A stretch of 60,815 nt of DNA, filler included, from Globobulimina sp. (taxonomy: Eukaryota): NCBI GenBank assembly GCA_003354225.1. It is 4 parts of 4 records of this genome, joined end to end, with 100 filler letters (N's around TTAATTAATTAA, not from the genome) between each part and the next. Parts side by side here need not be neighbours in the genome. Positions count along the whole stretch, not along the records: positions 16,024 to 31,075 come from PIVH01000005.1; positions 31,176 to 46,155 come from PIVH01000006.1; 2 more parts are not named here. One strand, given 5' to 3'. The notes under the pieces were generated by a model. The model ran no database searches. It was given only the letters and a program-made list of their open reading frames with translations, and was not told where the DNA came from. The translations under genes were made by a program, and so were the position numbers. Positions within the stretch are counted from its first letter, which is position 1, and every line of letters starts with the position of its first letter. Below, one piece after another: positions 22,117-33,740 of this stretch.

Positions 22117-22819
22117 ATTATTTTTTCACACTGATTTTGACAGCTAATACTTTTTTTGTATACTTTTATATTTTGCAGATAGCAGATTATAGTTTATTAC
22201 TTTGTTCGTACCAACATGCTTTGTCATATCTTTTTTCTTCGAACAGATATGCCGTAAAACAACGCTTAATAAACTTTATTTAACTTGTTTGGCTTCGTTT
22301 CGTTTCAAGATGGTGATAGATAGGATCCCCAACAAAGGAGAGCCGTGATAATGGTATACATTTTTGATTACTCCTACAAACCAACATATTTGCATATAAT
22401 TCTCTCAGTTTTTATGCAAACCCAATATTGGATGAAATGCATACAAAGGAGATATGATTTCATGGAAATAAGTGTTTTTAAAAACAGATAGCCGTTTGGG
22501 TTTTATTAAATAGCACAGATCAATCTTTTATTAATGAAAAAATGGTAATATGTTACACTGGCCACAGAAAAACGAACACATATAAGGCGTTTTGAAATAA
22601 GTAACCTATAAAAATAAAAAGCAAAAATTAAAAATTCATTTTCTTTTTTATTTATTTTTTTTTATTTATTTATTGTTAGATTATATTATATTGGTCTTTT
22701 TTAATAAACATAACAGAACATACATACAACCGTTAATTACACAAAAAACATAAATTAAAAAAAAAAAACTGAATGAATGAATGAAATGGAGTGAAGGAAA
22801 GGTAATCATTGTAATTGGC

Positions 22820-25324
22820 TTATTGTGTGCGTTGATGTTGATTGGTATATTTCATTTTTTTCAGTGGTGGGATTATTGAATATTCTTTTTTAATGCTTGT
22901 AATGGTCGGATTATTACAACATCCATTTAGTAAACATACTATTTTATTATGTTTAACATTTGTATTGCTATTAATATTATGGTTGACAGTGCGTGAACGT
23001 GTATGTGAGAGAGAGGGGAAATTATTTTTTTTCGTGATTGCCATTTCTTTTGGTACTATATGTATTGGTTGGTTTTTATATAAATTATATTGCTGTATTT
23101 GTTGATTTATGCGATATTGTCGATGATAATCATCAGTAATAGACACCATTGGATAGGATGAATGATAATTATTTGTCAATAGATTCAATATATTTGGATC
23201 AAATGTAGGCAGTGTAGACGTACTCAGTGTATTCCGCGTATGTTGATGTCGATGAATATATTTCAAATCTATACAAAAAGGATGTTGTATGGCATCCTCT
23301 GAGGAATATCTCGTCGAAGGATTTAAATCCAATAAACAGGCGATCAAATCTATAAAATCTAAATATTCCAGACTCAAATTATTATTATTCGACAACCTTT
23401 TCACTAATTGTTTCTTTCGAAACTCTTTCAAATTCTGATAATGCGCATTCACTGAATGTGTTATATTTATATTTATGTTTAGATTCAGATTCAAATCCGT
23501 ATAATAAAATGAATTATATTTATTATACACATAATATGGATAAGGTGACAATATGTCATTGATCTTATGCGATAATCCAACTCTATTACAACAAGCAAAC
23601 AATGCATGATGATGTCGTCTCTTTTTATCCGGATCATTGCCTTGACCAAAGTACAGAGAAGAATTGAATTCATTTATGTTTATTAATTCAAATAAGATAC
23701 AACCAATACTCCACAAATCGATGCTCGAAGTCATCTCATTACCAAATAAGACCTCCGGTGCTCTATAATACAACGATTGTACTTCAAATGTATTTATATT
23801 CCGATTATACGATAAGGCATTGCCCAAATCGACAATTTTAATGTGCGGATATCGGTTATTCATTAAATTGCCATTGATTGAATGCTGCAACGTAATCAGC
23901 ACATTTTCAGGCTTTAAGTCCGCGTGAATATATCCACCGACCCCATGTAAAAAGGACAAGGACGCAAATAATTGGATGGCGATGCAGCGCACAGTCACCA
24001 AAGGCACCACAACCTTATTCTTTTCATATAATTGCGTATATTGCAGCAGAGAGATGCCCATTAACTCCAAAACCACACAGGGACCGATATTATTAGGATA
24101 GGAGTGCTGATGAATACTATTTCTATTCGAATTCATACATTTGAGGATCTCTTTACATTCAATAATGCCGCTACTCGTGTTACCACAGGCATTGCTCTGT
24201 TTGTTTAAGCGCAATATTCGATTCCCTTCGGCTATCATCGCATTGGTATACTTTATATACTTATCATTATCCACACATTTGCTTTCTTTATTGATGCATT
24301 TCGATTTCTTCAGCACTTTAATGGCCCAATGTTTCCTTTTTGGGTCGTACTGGTCATACACTTCCCAGATATCTGCAAAAGTACCGGCACCGATCCGTTT
24401 TAGACCAATATATTTATCTTTCTCTTTATCACCGGTGGGAAAGGAGACCCTTTTTGGTTTACTATGGTTATGATTATGCGAATGCGAATGCGAAGGATTG
24501 CTGTGATGGCTATGATTGCTCTTTTTGTTAATGAAGAATAGCATGTCGGATGCAGTCAGTTTGCTGATCAACGTATTTTGACTGTCTTTCATTAATTCAG
24601 TCAACATATTAATATTGCCATCGATGGAAGTTTGGGAGGTGATGGATGAGGATCGGGGGACATGCGGTGTGGCGGAGGCTAAATAGGGGGTTAATTTGTG
24701 ATGATTACTAGTGTTGATATCCGGCACAGATAAGGGTGGTATGGGCGGTATGGGTGGTATGGGCAACATAGGTAAGGGAGGTATGGGTGGTATGGAGGGT
24801 AAGGACTGAAAGTGATAATGGACGTGATTCACTGGGTGTGGTGGTTGCTGTTGAAGTGGTTGGCGTTGATGTCGTTGTTGCTGTTGCTGTTTTTGATCAT
24901 GTATTAGGTTGTTATGGTGGTGGTGAATCTGATTATTATGGATGTTGATTGATGACTTCTTATATGAAACATTCATATTTATTGGTATCTGCCGGTTACC
25001 GATGTAATAATCTGTGCAGTATTTCGTAGTTGGGGGAGGCCGAGGGATTGATACTGCAGAATATGACAAGTTGTATGGAGTATATGCGGATGTTGTTGGT
25101 GTGCCATACTGTTGTTGTGTTGTTGACGGTTGTTGCGGTACCGGTGGTTGTGGTGGTGGTGGAGGCAGAATATACGATTGTTGACGACGTTGGGGGTAAA
25201 ACGGAATATGGTTATTGTTGTTAAATAGATGTGCATAGTTTAATTGATTTGGGTTTGGACCACATTGTATTGGTTGCAATTGATGAGTGGTAAAATTGGG
25301 ATTGTTTGTTATGTTATTATACAT
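22820..25324 (-). CDS. CMGC-group Ser/Thr kinase (DYRK/HIPK/SRPK-like) with low-complexity N-terminus
   Basis: IGAGTFA, AIK, HADLKPEN, DLG, VQSLYYRAPE, DLWSIGCI. Confidence 0.88.
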   Translation of the reverse strand: MYNNITNNPNFTTHQLQPIQCGPNPNQLNYAHLFNNNNHIPFYPQRRQQSYILPPPPPQPPVPQQPSTTQQQYGTPTTSAYTPYNLSYSAVSIPRPPPTTKYCTDYYIGNRQIPINMNVSYKKSSINIHNNQIHHHHNNLIHDQKQQQQQRHQRQPLQQQPPHPVNHVHYHFQSLPSIPPIPPLPMLPIPPIPPIPPLSVPDINTSNHHKLTPYLASATPHVPRSSSITSQTSIDGNINMLTELMKDSQNTLISKLTASDMLFFINKKSNHSHHSNPSHSHSHNHNHSKPKRVSFPTGDKEKDKYIGLKRIGAGTFADIWEVYDQYDPKRKHWAIKVLKKSKCINKESKCVDNDKYIKYTNAMIAEGNRILRLNKQSNACGNTSSGIIECKEILKCMNSNRNSIHQHSYPNNIGPCVVLELMGISLLQYTQLYEKNKVVVPLVTVRCIAIQLFASLSFLHGVGGYIHADLKPENVLITLQHSINGNLMNNRYPHIKIVDLGNALSYNRNINTFEVQSLYYRAPEVLFGNEMTSSIDLWSIGCILFELININEFNSSLYFGQGNDPDKKRRHHHALFACCNRVGLSHKINDILSPYPYYVYNKYNSFYYTDLNLNLNININITHSVNAHYQNLKEFRKKQLVKRLSNNNNLSLEYLDFIDLIACLLDLNPSTRYSSEDAIQHPFCIDLKYIHRHQHTRNTLSTSTLPTFDPNILNLLTNNYHSSYPMVSITDDYHRQYRINQQIQQYNLYKNQPIHIVPKEMAITKKNNFPSLSHTRSRTVNHNINSNTNVKHNKIVCLLNGCCNNPTITSIKKEYSIIPPLKKMKYTNQHQRTQ

Positions 25325-25497
25325 TTGATTCTATTGTATGTGATGATTTCAGATAAAGTCGAATTGTTAATGGATACAATTCGTCCGCTATACGTCTCAC
25401 AAAAGGCACTAAAAAATGGAGCTCTGATCGTAAGGGAACGGAAATAACATCCACTCCAAACTAAAAGAGGTTTTTAAATTAATTTTTGTTGTAAATA

Positions 25498-27464
25498 ATG
25501 GTCTTTGGCTTTGATACCTTAAATCATATATCAATAATCGCAGCAATTGATGGCGAAGATTGTAGTAAAGAATCAACACTCGGTTTTTATGGACTAATAA
25601 TATGGGTGTCTCTGGCCCTTTATTTAATGATAGGTCAATTTGTGATTTGTGAGGAATACTTTGTGCCAGTTCTGTCTGCCTTAGGTGATAAATGGCATAT
25701 GCCTGAAGATATGGTGGGCGCCACATTATTAGCTGTTGGCTCGTCATCGCCAGAACTGTTTACTGCTATTTTAGGTGTTATATTTTACCCGCATGACAAT
25801 CCAGGACCAGGCACCAATGTAGGTTCTGCTGTTTTTAATATGTGTATTATTGTTGGTTTATCTGCTATATGTGCCCCACGATCAGGTACGTACAAATTAT
25901 CTACTTTGTCAACCTTCCTATCCTTGCACCTGTACATACTACACAGCCAAATTACAAATTGTACCCTTTTTGCGTGATAGCATTGCTTATATTATCGGAT
26001 TGATTGAATTATACATCTTTTATAGTGTTATAACGCCCGGATATATGGACATATGGGAATCAATATTATTAACCTTATGGTGGATATTTTATGTGTTAAT
26101 GGTTTCTAAAACAGATTTTTTAGCGTCACGCTGTTGTTGTTGTGTGCCTCCACATAATGTTCAAAGAACCATCAAAGACATTCACCCAAATCAGTATCAC
26201 GGCGATATGTATGTGGAATTGGGCGGCAACTACGAAGATACTGCGGATGTCACACCGAGTGCGAGTAGCGCAGCAAATAAACGTCCGTCATTTCACAAGA
26301 AACGCTCTGCAATAAAAACCGGCAAAGGTGGACAGATCGGAGTACAATACGATAAGCGAGGACATCCAATCACAGATTCAACACAAATACATGTTGCTGA
26401 TAACATTCATATTCCCCCAGGTGTCCTTGATGAAAATGCATTGGACGAGGACTTACAGCGCTTATTGGACGAATTGAATAGAAAACAGCGACAAAATGTA
26501 AATAAAGGCTGGGTCATTGTAGTTATGCCCGAGCACCAGGCCCATACTTTAGATATACCGCAGCTCGCAGCAAATAGATTGCATGGCACTGAGCATCAAT
26601 TAAATAATGATATATCCCCAATGGAAACGAGTATTAATAAAGTATCGAATGTGTCAGCTCATCCCGCCCATGTGTACACGCGCAGGAGGACCTTAATCGA
26701 AACACTGGCGCATGAACGAGCAATGGCGGCGGCGAATGATGTTCCCGATCACGACGATGATGATATGTCGGATGTGGATGATGCGCAGTCACGGGGTCGG
26801 GGCGCAATATTATTGCATAAATTTCTATTTCCGTGGACAAAGGTATTTGGATGGACCTTACCTAAACCTGAAGGCAGTTTTGCTTTGAAGCATATTTATA
26901 TAACAATTATGTGTATCATTACCTGGTTGGGAGTACTGACTTTTTTGGTGGTAGATTGTGCGGAGAAAATCGGAAATTGTTTCAATATTCCAGGCGGACT
27001 GTTGGGTATCACTTTGCTCGCAGTAGGTTTGTCATTTTTTGTTTTGTTTTTGTGTAAGAAAGACGTTACAAAAATGTTAAGGTTCGAGTCTGCCCGATTG
27101 CATATCCTCAGTTATTGTTGCGAGACAAATGAAACTTGATATGGCGGTGGCGAATGCCTTTGGGAGTAATATATTTGATGTGAATTTATGTGTGGGATTC
27201 TCATTTATCTTAGGTTCGATTGTGAATGCATTTACAGGGAAATCTACATCATTGTTCTTAGGGAATGAACAAGCATTAGCGACATTTAGTGAGTTAATTA
27301 TTGCTGCAGCGGTGTTTATGCTATTCTTGTGGCTGATGATGTGGTGTACACTGTTTAGATTGGAGAAATGGATCGGTTATGTTTTATCGGTGACTTATGT
27401 TGGTTATATTTGCGTTTTTACAGTTTTATTTGTTCATGATCAAGACGTGATAGATAACTTTTGA
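25498..27464 (+). CDS. K+-dependent Na+/Ca2+ exchanger (NCKX, CaCA family), 3 exons
   Basis: Alpha-1 GATLLAVGSSSPEL..GSAVFN; alpha-2 GITLLAVG/SSLPD..ANAFGSNIFD; introns near 25886-25946 and 27027-27081. Confidence 0.88.
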
Positions 27465-27696
27465 TGTTACATTTGATAATTTCCACTTGACTTTTTATTT
27501 CTTACTAGCACTGGCTTGTCTCTTTAACGGATTTTCTTTTGCGTTGTTTAATTCGTTTTTATCGCATACATATTGCATACTTCTCAAATTCGATCACAAT
27601 TTTTCGATTTAAACGTTAAATCACATGTAGTGTATGTTTTTTTTTTACAATAAATCATAAATTCAAAATCTCAAAACAAAAAATCATGCATAATTA

Positions 27697-28692
27697 TCAA
27701 TGATAACCAATAGAAACCTTTTTTTTCTTTTTTTTGGTATCTTCCCAATGGACTTTTCTCTTCTTTCCCAACACACTCTTGTTCGACTTGGAACGCCCTT
27801 TATTATAATTCGTATTTGCATTTTCATATTCAATCATTTCATCATTTTCATATTCATACTCGTATTCATATTCCTTTTCCTTTTCTATATTTTCAATGTC
27901 ATCGTCACTCTCAATGAGTCCAATAAATTCATTCTTTTTATCCTGTTCATGTTGATGTTGATGTTGATGTTCATCTTCTTGCTCTTCCTCTGATTGTTGA
28001 CCTTTTTCCTCCATAACATCGTCAAATGTCCGTCGTGGGAAATTATAAATTCCTTCGTAAACCCCTTCGTGTAATCTCTCCAATAATTCAGCTTTTACCA
28101 CATTGCTTATCTTTGCAGCAATCTCTGCTTTTCTTTCTCGCGTTTTTTGTTGTCTCTCATATGGCTTCCAAATGCGAACTAATTTTGGTCTGTCGATCAC
28201 AATGGTTTTGATTAGTAATTATAATTAAAATATGATCAAATTAAAAACAACAAAAACATTTGAAACATGAAACATGAAACAAAACTGTATGGATGTGGCT
28301 AATTTGCGAGATCGAATAATAAATTGATGTATTTTAGTTAAACGTAATTTGCATTTATGAATATACCATTTGGGCCACCATAATAAATGTTCATCAATTT
28401 GTTTTAACGCAGTCATATAATCTTTTGATAATTGTATTTTTTCCCAATGTTTGGACGGCTGATGGGCTCTTTCAATGGTTTTGATGTACAAATAACATCT
28501 ACTTTTGCTTTCGCGGACGGTGGCGTAACGACTATTTGCCAATGGACATGCCAATTCATTGCAAAGTCCTAACACATTGAAAGTGTTCTTACAAAAGCGT
28601 ATGTACGGCGCATTTGAGAGTTTACGACGAAATGAACAGAAACCACCGCCTCTGGGGTTTATCACTTTCCAAATGATTGTATCGTGCTGCAT
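27697..28692 (-). CDS. MAK16: Ribosome biogenesis protein MAK16 (2 exons)
   Basis: MQHD.IIW..IN..FCSF, FCKN.FNV.GLCN..ACPLANSRYATV, KTIERAH, ELLERL..G.Y; acidic EYEYE tail. Confidence 0.93.
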
Positions 28693-29177
28693 GATACTGA
28701 AGACCAACTCACTAACTCACTAGTTAAATATATGAGAAAAGAGCATGACACCCTAAACATAATTTTGTGGGAAAAGTAAATCCACACCGACAAAATCAAT
28801 ATTTTACATAATAGGTACTGGCAGATATGGGAAGACTACACCCAAAAAACAAAGCAGGCATACAATTAAGTTCAAATTCCATAAACAATCCTTATTATAA
28901 GTATACAGCAACCAAGACCAAGTGCCTTAATGGTGCTAATAATTTTCATATCGTCCTACGGAGTCTGATTGACAGAGTGTTAGAGGCAAAAAAAATAGAA
29001 CCTGTATACAGTATATGATTATGAACAATCTATTTTCTGATTGATAGATATTTAATGCAAATGTATAATCCTAATTATATTTTCCAAATCTATTATTAGT
29101 TTCTATTGATATTTATAATCTATTTCACCAGTCGTTTTTCACGCAAGAAAAAACTTACTTTACTGTTACAAGGAAAC

Positions 29178-30230
29178 ATGCTACCAGAACAATTAGGGAG
29201 AGTAAATTTATTACCTACCTCTCGTTCATCAACAGTCGGCAGTAAAAAAAAGACATTAAACCTCTCCTCAAATGCGACTAAAGTGGCTGCCGGTGGATAT
29301 ATGATATGTTCATCGTTAATGTTGATAACAAATAAATTGGCTGTACACAATTTACCTGCACCACAATTTGTACTATTTGCTCAATTATTTACATCTGGTA
29401 TTTATTTATTTATTTTCTAACACATAAAAACACATCATTCCATATTAAATTAACATAATTAATAATTAGCATTATTTTGTTTCATATTTGGTTCATTAAA
29501 TATGGTAAAAGTGGACAGGTTGGAATGGAAAAAGGTGCAGCCATACATTCCTGCAGTCTTTGCCTTTTTAGGCACCATATTTTGCAATTTAAAGACTTTA
29601 CAATTTTGCAATGTGGAGACATTTATCGTGTTTCGTGCATCAACCCCTATCGCAGTGGCAGTTGGTGATTATTTATTTTTAGGACGTGAATGGCCATCAT
29701 ATCGATCATTGTTATGTTTATTAGGCTTAGTATTCGGTGTCACATTATATACGTACACCGATGCAGGCTTTCATTTGACTGGTTATTTTTGGTTAGGCGC
29801 ATGGTTTTGTGTCTTTTTAATTGACCAATTATATATAAAATATGTGTGTAAAAAAGTGGAAATGAGATCAAATTGGGGCAGAGTTTATTATTTAAATTTA
29901 TTATCATGCTCGCCATTATTTTTTACATTTATTTTAAATCAGGAATTAGCAAATGATGGGGTTCAATGGAATGGAGCATCCATTACTTTCTTACTCATAT
30001 CTTGTGCATTGGGTGTAGCAATGTCGTATTTTGCATTTTTAGCACGCCACGCGGTCTCTGCCACCTCTTTCACGGTATTAGGCAATGTGTGCAAAGTCAA
30101 TACTGTCATCATTAATTTATTGATCTGGGACAAGCACGCAAATACGTTTGGCATTTTTGCATTATCAATATGTTTGGCTTGTGCTTATTTTTATAAACAA
30201 GCACCATTGAGGTCAAAGACTACCAATTAA
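29178..30230 (+). CDS. Golgi GDP-sugar (GDP-fucose/mannose) transporter, GONST-like (2 exons)
   Basis: SSLMLITNK, NVETFIVFRASTP, VYYLNLLS, SATSFTVLGNVCK; intron ~29398-29469. Confidence 0.87.
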
Positions 30231-30300
30231 ACATTTTCAGCCATCCTTGCACAATTTTACACATTATAATTTATAACAGTTTTTGTTTTGGTAATTTAGT

Positions 30301-30612
30301 TCAATCAATTTCTGTCTCTGTTGCTGTCAATGCATGTTTATCTGATAATGTCCTAAAACCAGAGTATTTTTTTGTTTTGTCAATACCTCCCATACGAATT
30401 AAACGAAATTGAAGTGCCCCACCAATTATTGATGCACATAAACAGACTCCAAATAATAATGTCAAAACTTCCAATATAACAAATGATAATAATGGTATGG
30501 TTATTAAATGTTTTTCGTCCAATGCAACATTTGCCAGTTCATTGTTATTTGCTCCATTTTGATTATACTCTGATGAATACGTTATGCCTTGGTCATTCAT
30601 ATATGTTTGCAT
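30301..30612 (-). CDS. Small single-pass membrane protein
   Basis: 103-aa ORF with one long hydrophobic helix followed by a basic tail. Confidence 0.45.
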   Translation of the reverse strand: MQTYMNDQGITYSSEYNQNGANNNELANVALDEKHLITIPLLSFVILEVLTLLFGVCLCASIIGGALQFRLIRMGGIDKTKKYSGFRTLSDKHALTATETEID

Positions 30613-30747
30613 TGTTTAAATTTATTTAGATTTGAGAATAAATATTATTATCGTAACTTGTGACCACAGTATGTAACCACAGTATACGTTTGACATTCAT
30701 TCTATTGCAATGTTTTCAGCTAAATGATTTCCCTCATAATGTCACAC

Positions 30748-31070
30748 TTGTGAAGTTTTGGAAATGTTCGACACTTCAAATTTATCGAGATGCCATACTA
30801 TCGATCGTCAACCAATGCCATAACCCAGTCCTCACATCATATACTAACTCATTCCTACGACTTTAGCGAGATTATCATATAAGATAATATATTAATATAT
30901 ATATTCTCAAATATATATATATATCACCGTTGTGAAGTTTTGGAAATGTTCAGAACTTCGTTTTTTTTTTATTGTTGCGAAATGTCAAACATAGATCTCA
31001 AACCAATGCAATAAACCAGTCCTCGTATCACATATGAACGCATCCCACTGATTTTCCCGAGATTTCACAA
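30748..31070. repeat. Pair of diverged ~130-nt direct repeats
   Basis: Identical blocks TTGTGAAGTTTTGGAAATGTTC (30748, 30930), AACCAATGC and CCAGTCCTC occur in the same order in both copies. Confidence 0.7.
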
Positions 31071-31075
31071 CAATG

Positions 31076-31175
31076 NNNNNNNNNNNNNNNNNNNNNNNNN
31101 NNNNNNNNNNNNNNNNNNNTTAATTAATTAANNNNNNNNNNNNNNNNNNNNNNNNNNNNNNNNNNNNNNNNNNNN
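31076..31175. other. Artificial contig spacer
   Basis: N-run, TTAATTAATTAA, N-run. Confidence 0.99.
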
Positions 31176-31236
31176 ATTAAAAAAAAAAAAACAAGTTAGT
31201 CACTTATTTACATCTATTATAAATTGTTGATATAAA

Positions 31237-32517
31237 TTATTTATTGTTTATCCATTGCGGCAATGGCTGAATTAATGCTTTACCAGTTTTTATAAACTCA
31301 ATTATATCCACTACAGTTTCACCGTTACAATTTACAATTTTCGGTTGTTGTTTACAACTATTTTTCAAAATACTTGCAAAATCCGTGCGATGTATCTGTT
31401 TGCCACCATATTTATCATATTCGTGCATATAATCCAATCGAAACCCCCAATACCACATATCATACTTACATAACTGCAATACATTCCCAATCACTTTGGT
31501 CAATATACTCCCGCAACTTCTATCATCCCTCGCCACTGTCATAAATGTATAATCACACAACACACTTCCTATTATATAGCCAAATGAGGCAGCCGCAATG
31601 CAATTTGTCTGTCTCTCCCATAATTCAAATGTAACAAATTTTAACACATCATTTGCATTTTCATTCTGTCGAAACTCATCTAAAAGCTCAATAAAATTAT
31701 CAGTGATCCAGGTCCCATCTTCTTTGTCGCCGCCATTTTCCGCTTCTTTGTTCTCATTTTCTTTTTTTTCTTTTTCTCTCTTTAATAATTCTTTTTCAAT
31801 ATGATAATCTTTGCATAATTTCAAATGTTGTTTGAATTTATAATTCACACTCAAATAGAAATCGTTTTTAAAACGTTTTAACTTTTTATTCCGAGCCCAA
31901 TTTACTGGCTCTTTCCCATCTTTGGCAGCTCTGAAATCAATAACTTGTCTTTGCAACGGATTCGGACATAACATAATCTGCTGCGAATATCTTTGAATCA
32001 ACATTTTAATTTTCGCATTTTCAAAGGCTTCATCACCAAAATGACGAATTAATTTTTGTGCGACAGAACCATGCGGCAATGTAAATAATGAATTCAATAA
32101 CAATATTCTTACAAACAATGCTTTATTTTTCTCATTTGGGTTTATGGCATACCACATCCAGTCACATTCATTGTATTTTGTATCAGTTATCCAATTTAAA
32201 CGCATCGGACTTGACATTAATTTGTAATCGTTTTCATCGCAATTTAAATCAAAAACACTTGGACTTATATAGAATGAGGATGATAATTCAAATGTTTTTT
32301 CAATAATATCAAAGCTGTCTGGACTTAAATCATAAGCAATATCATTATCGATACAAATATATTCATTTTCAATTATGATTTGTTGCTTGTTATAAAATAC
32401 AATTTTATATTTATGGCCAGATTGCAAGAAATGGAATGATATGTGATTTGTTTGAGGAGCGACAGTTTTGGAATCAAGTAATTCGAATTTACCGGTCATA
32501 CCTAAAAATACCATCAT
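31237..32517 (-). CDS. Leucyl/phenylalanyl-tRNA--protein transferase (Aat/ATEL1)-like protein
   Basis: RQVIDF, FYLSVNYKF..HLKLC, GTWITDNFIELL, FELWE...IAAASFGYIIGSV..DYT resemble, in order, Aat motifs RAVL, F.VT.N.AF..VI..C, TWIT, VEVW...LVGGLYG..IG. Confidence 0.6.
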   Translation of the reverse strand: MMVFLGMTGKFELLDSKTVAPQTNHISFHFLQSGHKYKIVFYNKQQIIIENEYICIDNDIAYDLSPDSFDIIEKTFELSSSFYISPSVFDLNCDENDYKLMSSPMRLNWITDTKYNECDWMWYAINPNEKNKALFVRILLLNSLFTLPHGSVAQKLIRHFGDEAFENAKIKMLIQRYSQQIMLCPNPLQRQVIDFRAAKDGKEPVNWARNKKLKRFKNDFYLSVNYKFKQHLKLCKDYHIEKELLKREKEKKENENKEAENGGDKEDGTWITDNFIELLDEFRQNENANDVLKFVTFELWERQTNCIAAASFGYIIGSVLCDYTFMTVARDDRSCGSILTKVIGNVLQLCKYDMWYWGFRLDYMHEYDKYGGKQIHRTDFASILKNSCKQQPKIVNCNGETVVDIIEFIKTGKALIQPLPQWINNK

Positions 32518-32835
32518 TTGATTTGCTTGTTTGAAATGGTAGCATTTTATATCTGTAATGTTTGCTGCGTTCTGTGATGCATTGGTGATCAGAATAAAAG
32601 TTCAATTTGGTTGAGAGTTGAGAGGCGTTTTATAAATAATAACATAACTTTAAATTGTAGTGATATTGAATTAATAGTCACCTTTGAGCGCTCAATGATA
32701 GTCTTTCGATTAATTTTCAATTCTTTTGCATCGACTTTATTTGGCAACATGTTTTCAGTAAGTTAGTCTCCGTTTTTTGTCAACATTATCTGGCCAACGA
32801 TACCACTTTCAACAGCTCAGTATCACTCATCAGCC

Positions 32836-33534
32836 ATGTATAGGAAGATAATTTCACAACATACGCGTCGTATCATTCCAAAACAAACATTTTGTTTTGC
32901 ATTACGATCACTTTCGACGCCAAAGAGTAGCGATCCATTTATGCAATTATCTGATGAGCATATTAGAATTAAATCAACCTTGCAATCATTTGAAAAACTG
33001 TTAAATTCCATGAAAACAAACGCTGTATCTACTGAAGAAAGCAATGACATACAGAATTATATCAAATTTATAACCAATTACCAGTTCCACCATCATGAAA
33101 AAGAGGAATATCTTTATGCCGCATTCTATGCATCGGTGGAGCCCAATAGTTGGTCAAAAGCAATGTTAGACGCTGTGGAAGATGAACACGACGTTGACCA
33201 TGTCCATGATCATGAGGTGGAGGTTGATGTGGATGCACCTGCGAGAATGATCGAAGGTGGATCAAAAACAATGAATAAAATCTCGAGTCTACTTGATTCA
33301 AAAACGAATATTAATGTTATCAGTGATATTGTAGAGCCATCATTGTCATTCATTAGCGATACCATCGACCATATGGACGAAGAGGATAAAGACATTTATC
33401 CGATGATTGAGGCGAAATTGTCACAACCAGAAATTGAAGTGATTAGACAACATTTTTCTAAATATGATGCGGAGAAAGCTGAGAGCATTGATGAAATCGA
33501 ATCGATTTCGGATCAATTACAACGAAAATATTAA
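32836..33534 (+). CDS. Hemerythrin-like (HHE) protein with probable mitochondrial presequence
   Basis: EH, HHEKEE.LY, EH and HMDEED..IYP metal-ligand motifs; Arg-rich, acid-free N-terminus. Confidence 0.8.
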   Translation: MYRKIISQHTRRIIPKQTFCFALRSLSTPKSSDPFMQLSDEHIRIKSTLQSFEKLLNSMKTNAVSTEESNDIQNYIKFITNYQFHHHEKEEYLYAAFYASVEPNSWSKAMLDAVEDEHDVDHVHDHEVEVDVDAPARMIEGGSKTMNKISSLLDSKTNINVISDIVEPSLSFISDTIDHMDEEDKDIYPMIEAKLSQPEIEVIRQHFSKYDAEKAESIDEIESISDQLQRKY

Positions 33535-33740
33535 AACATATTTGTTTTATACGATAGAAAAACAACTCAATACTCTGTTTGTGTTAATTTTTTTGTAATT
33601 AAATTCATAAAACATTTGTCTTACTGGCTCGAAAATACTGCCTAGGAAATGTCAGACATCTGACAGCAAATAGATAATGACCGGTTTGTCAACATGGAAA
33701 CGAATAATCAATTTTGGATTTACTTTGACATCTACTTTAT

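Noticed and set aside
24430-25200. Short tandem repeats (GGTATGGGT, TGT/TGC runs)
   Set aside because: They encode Pro/Gln/His low-complexity protein sequence; not a CRISPR array or regulatory repeat. No CRISPR array was seen anywhere in the window.
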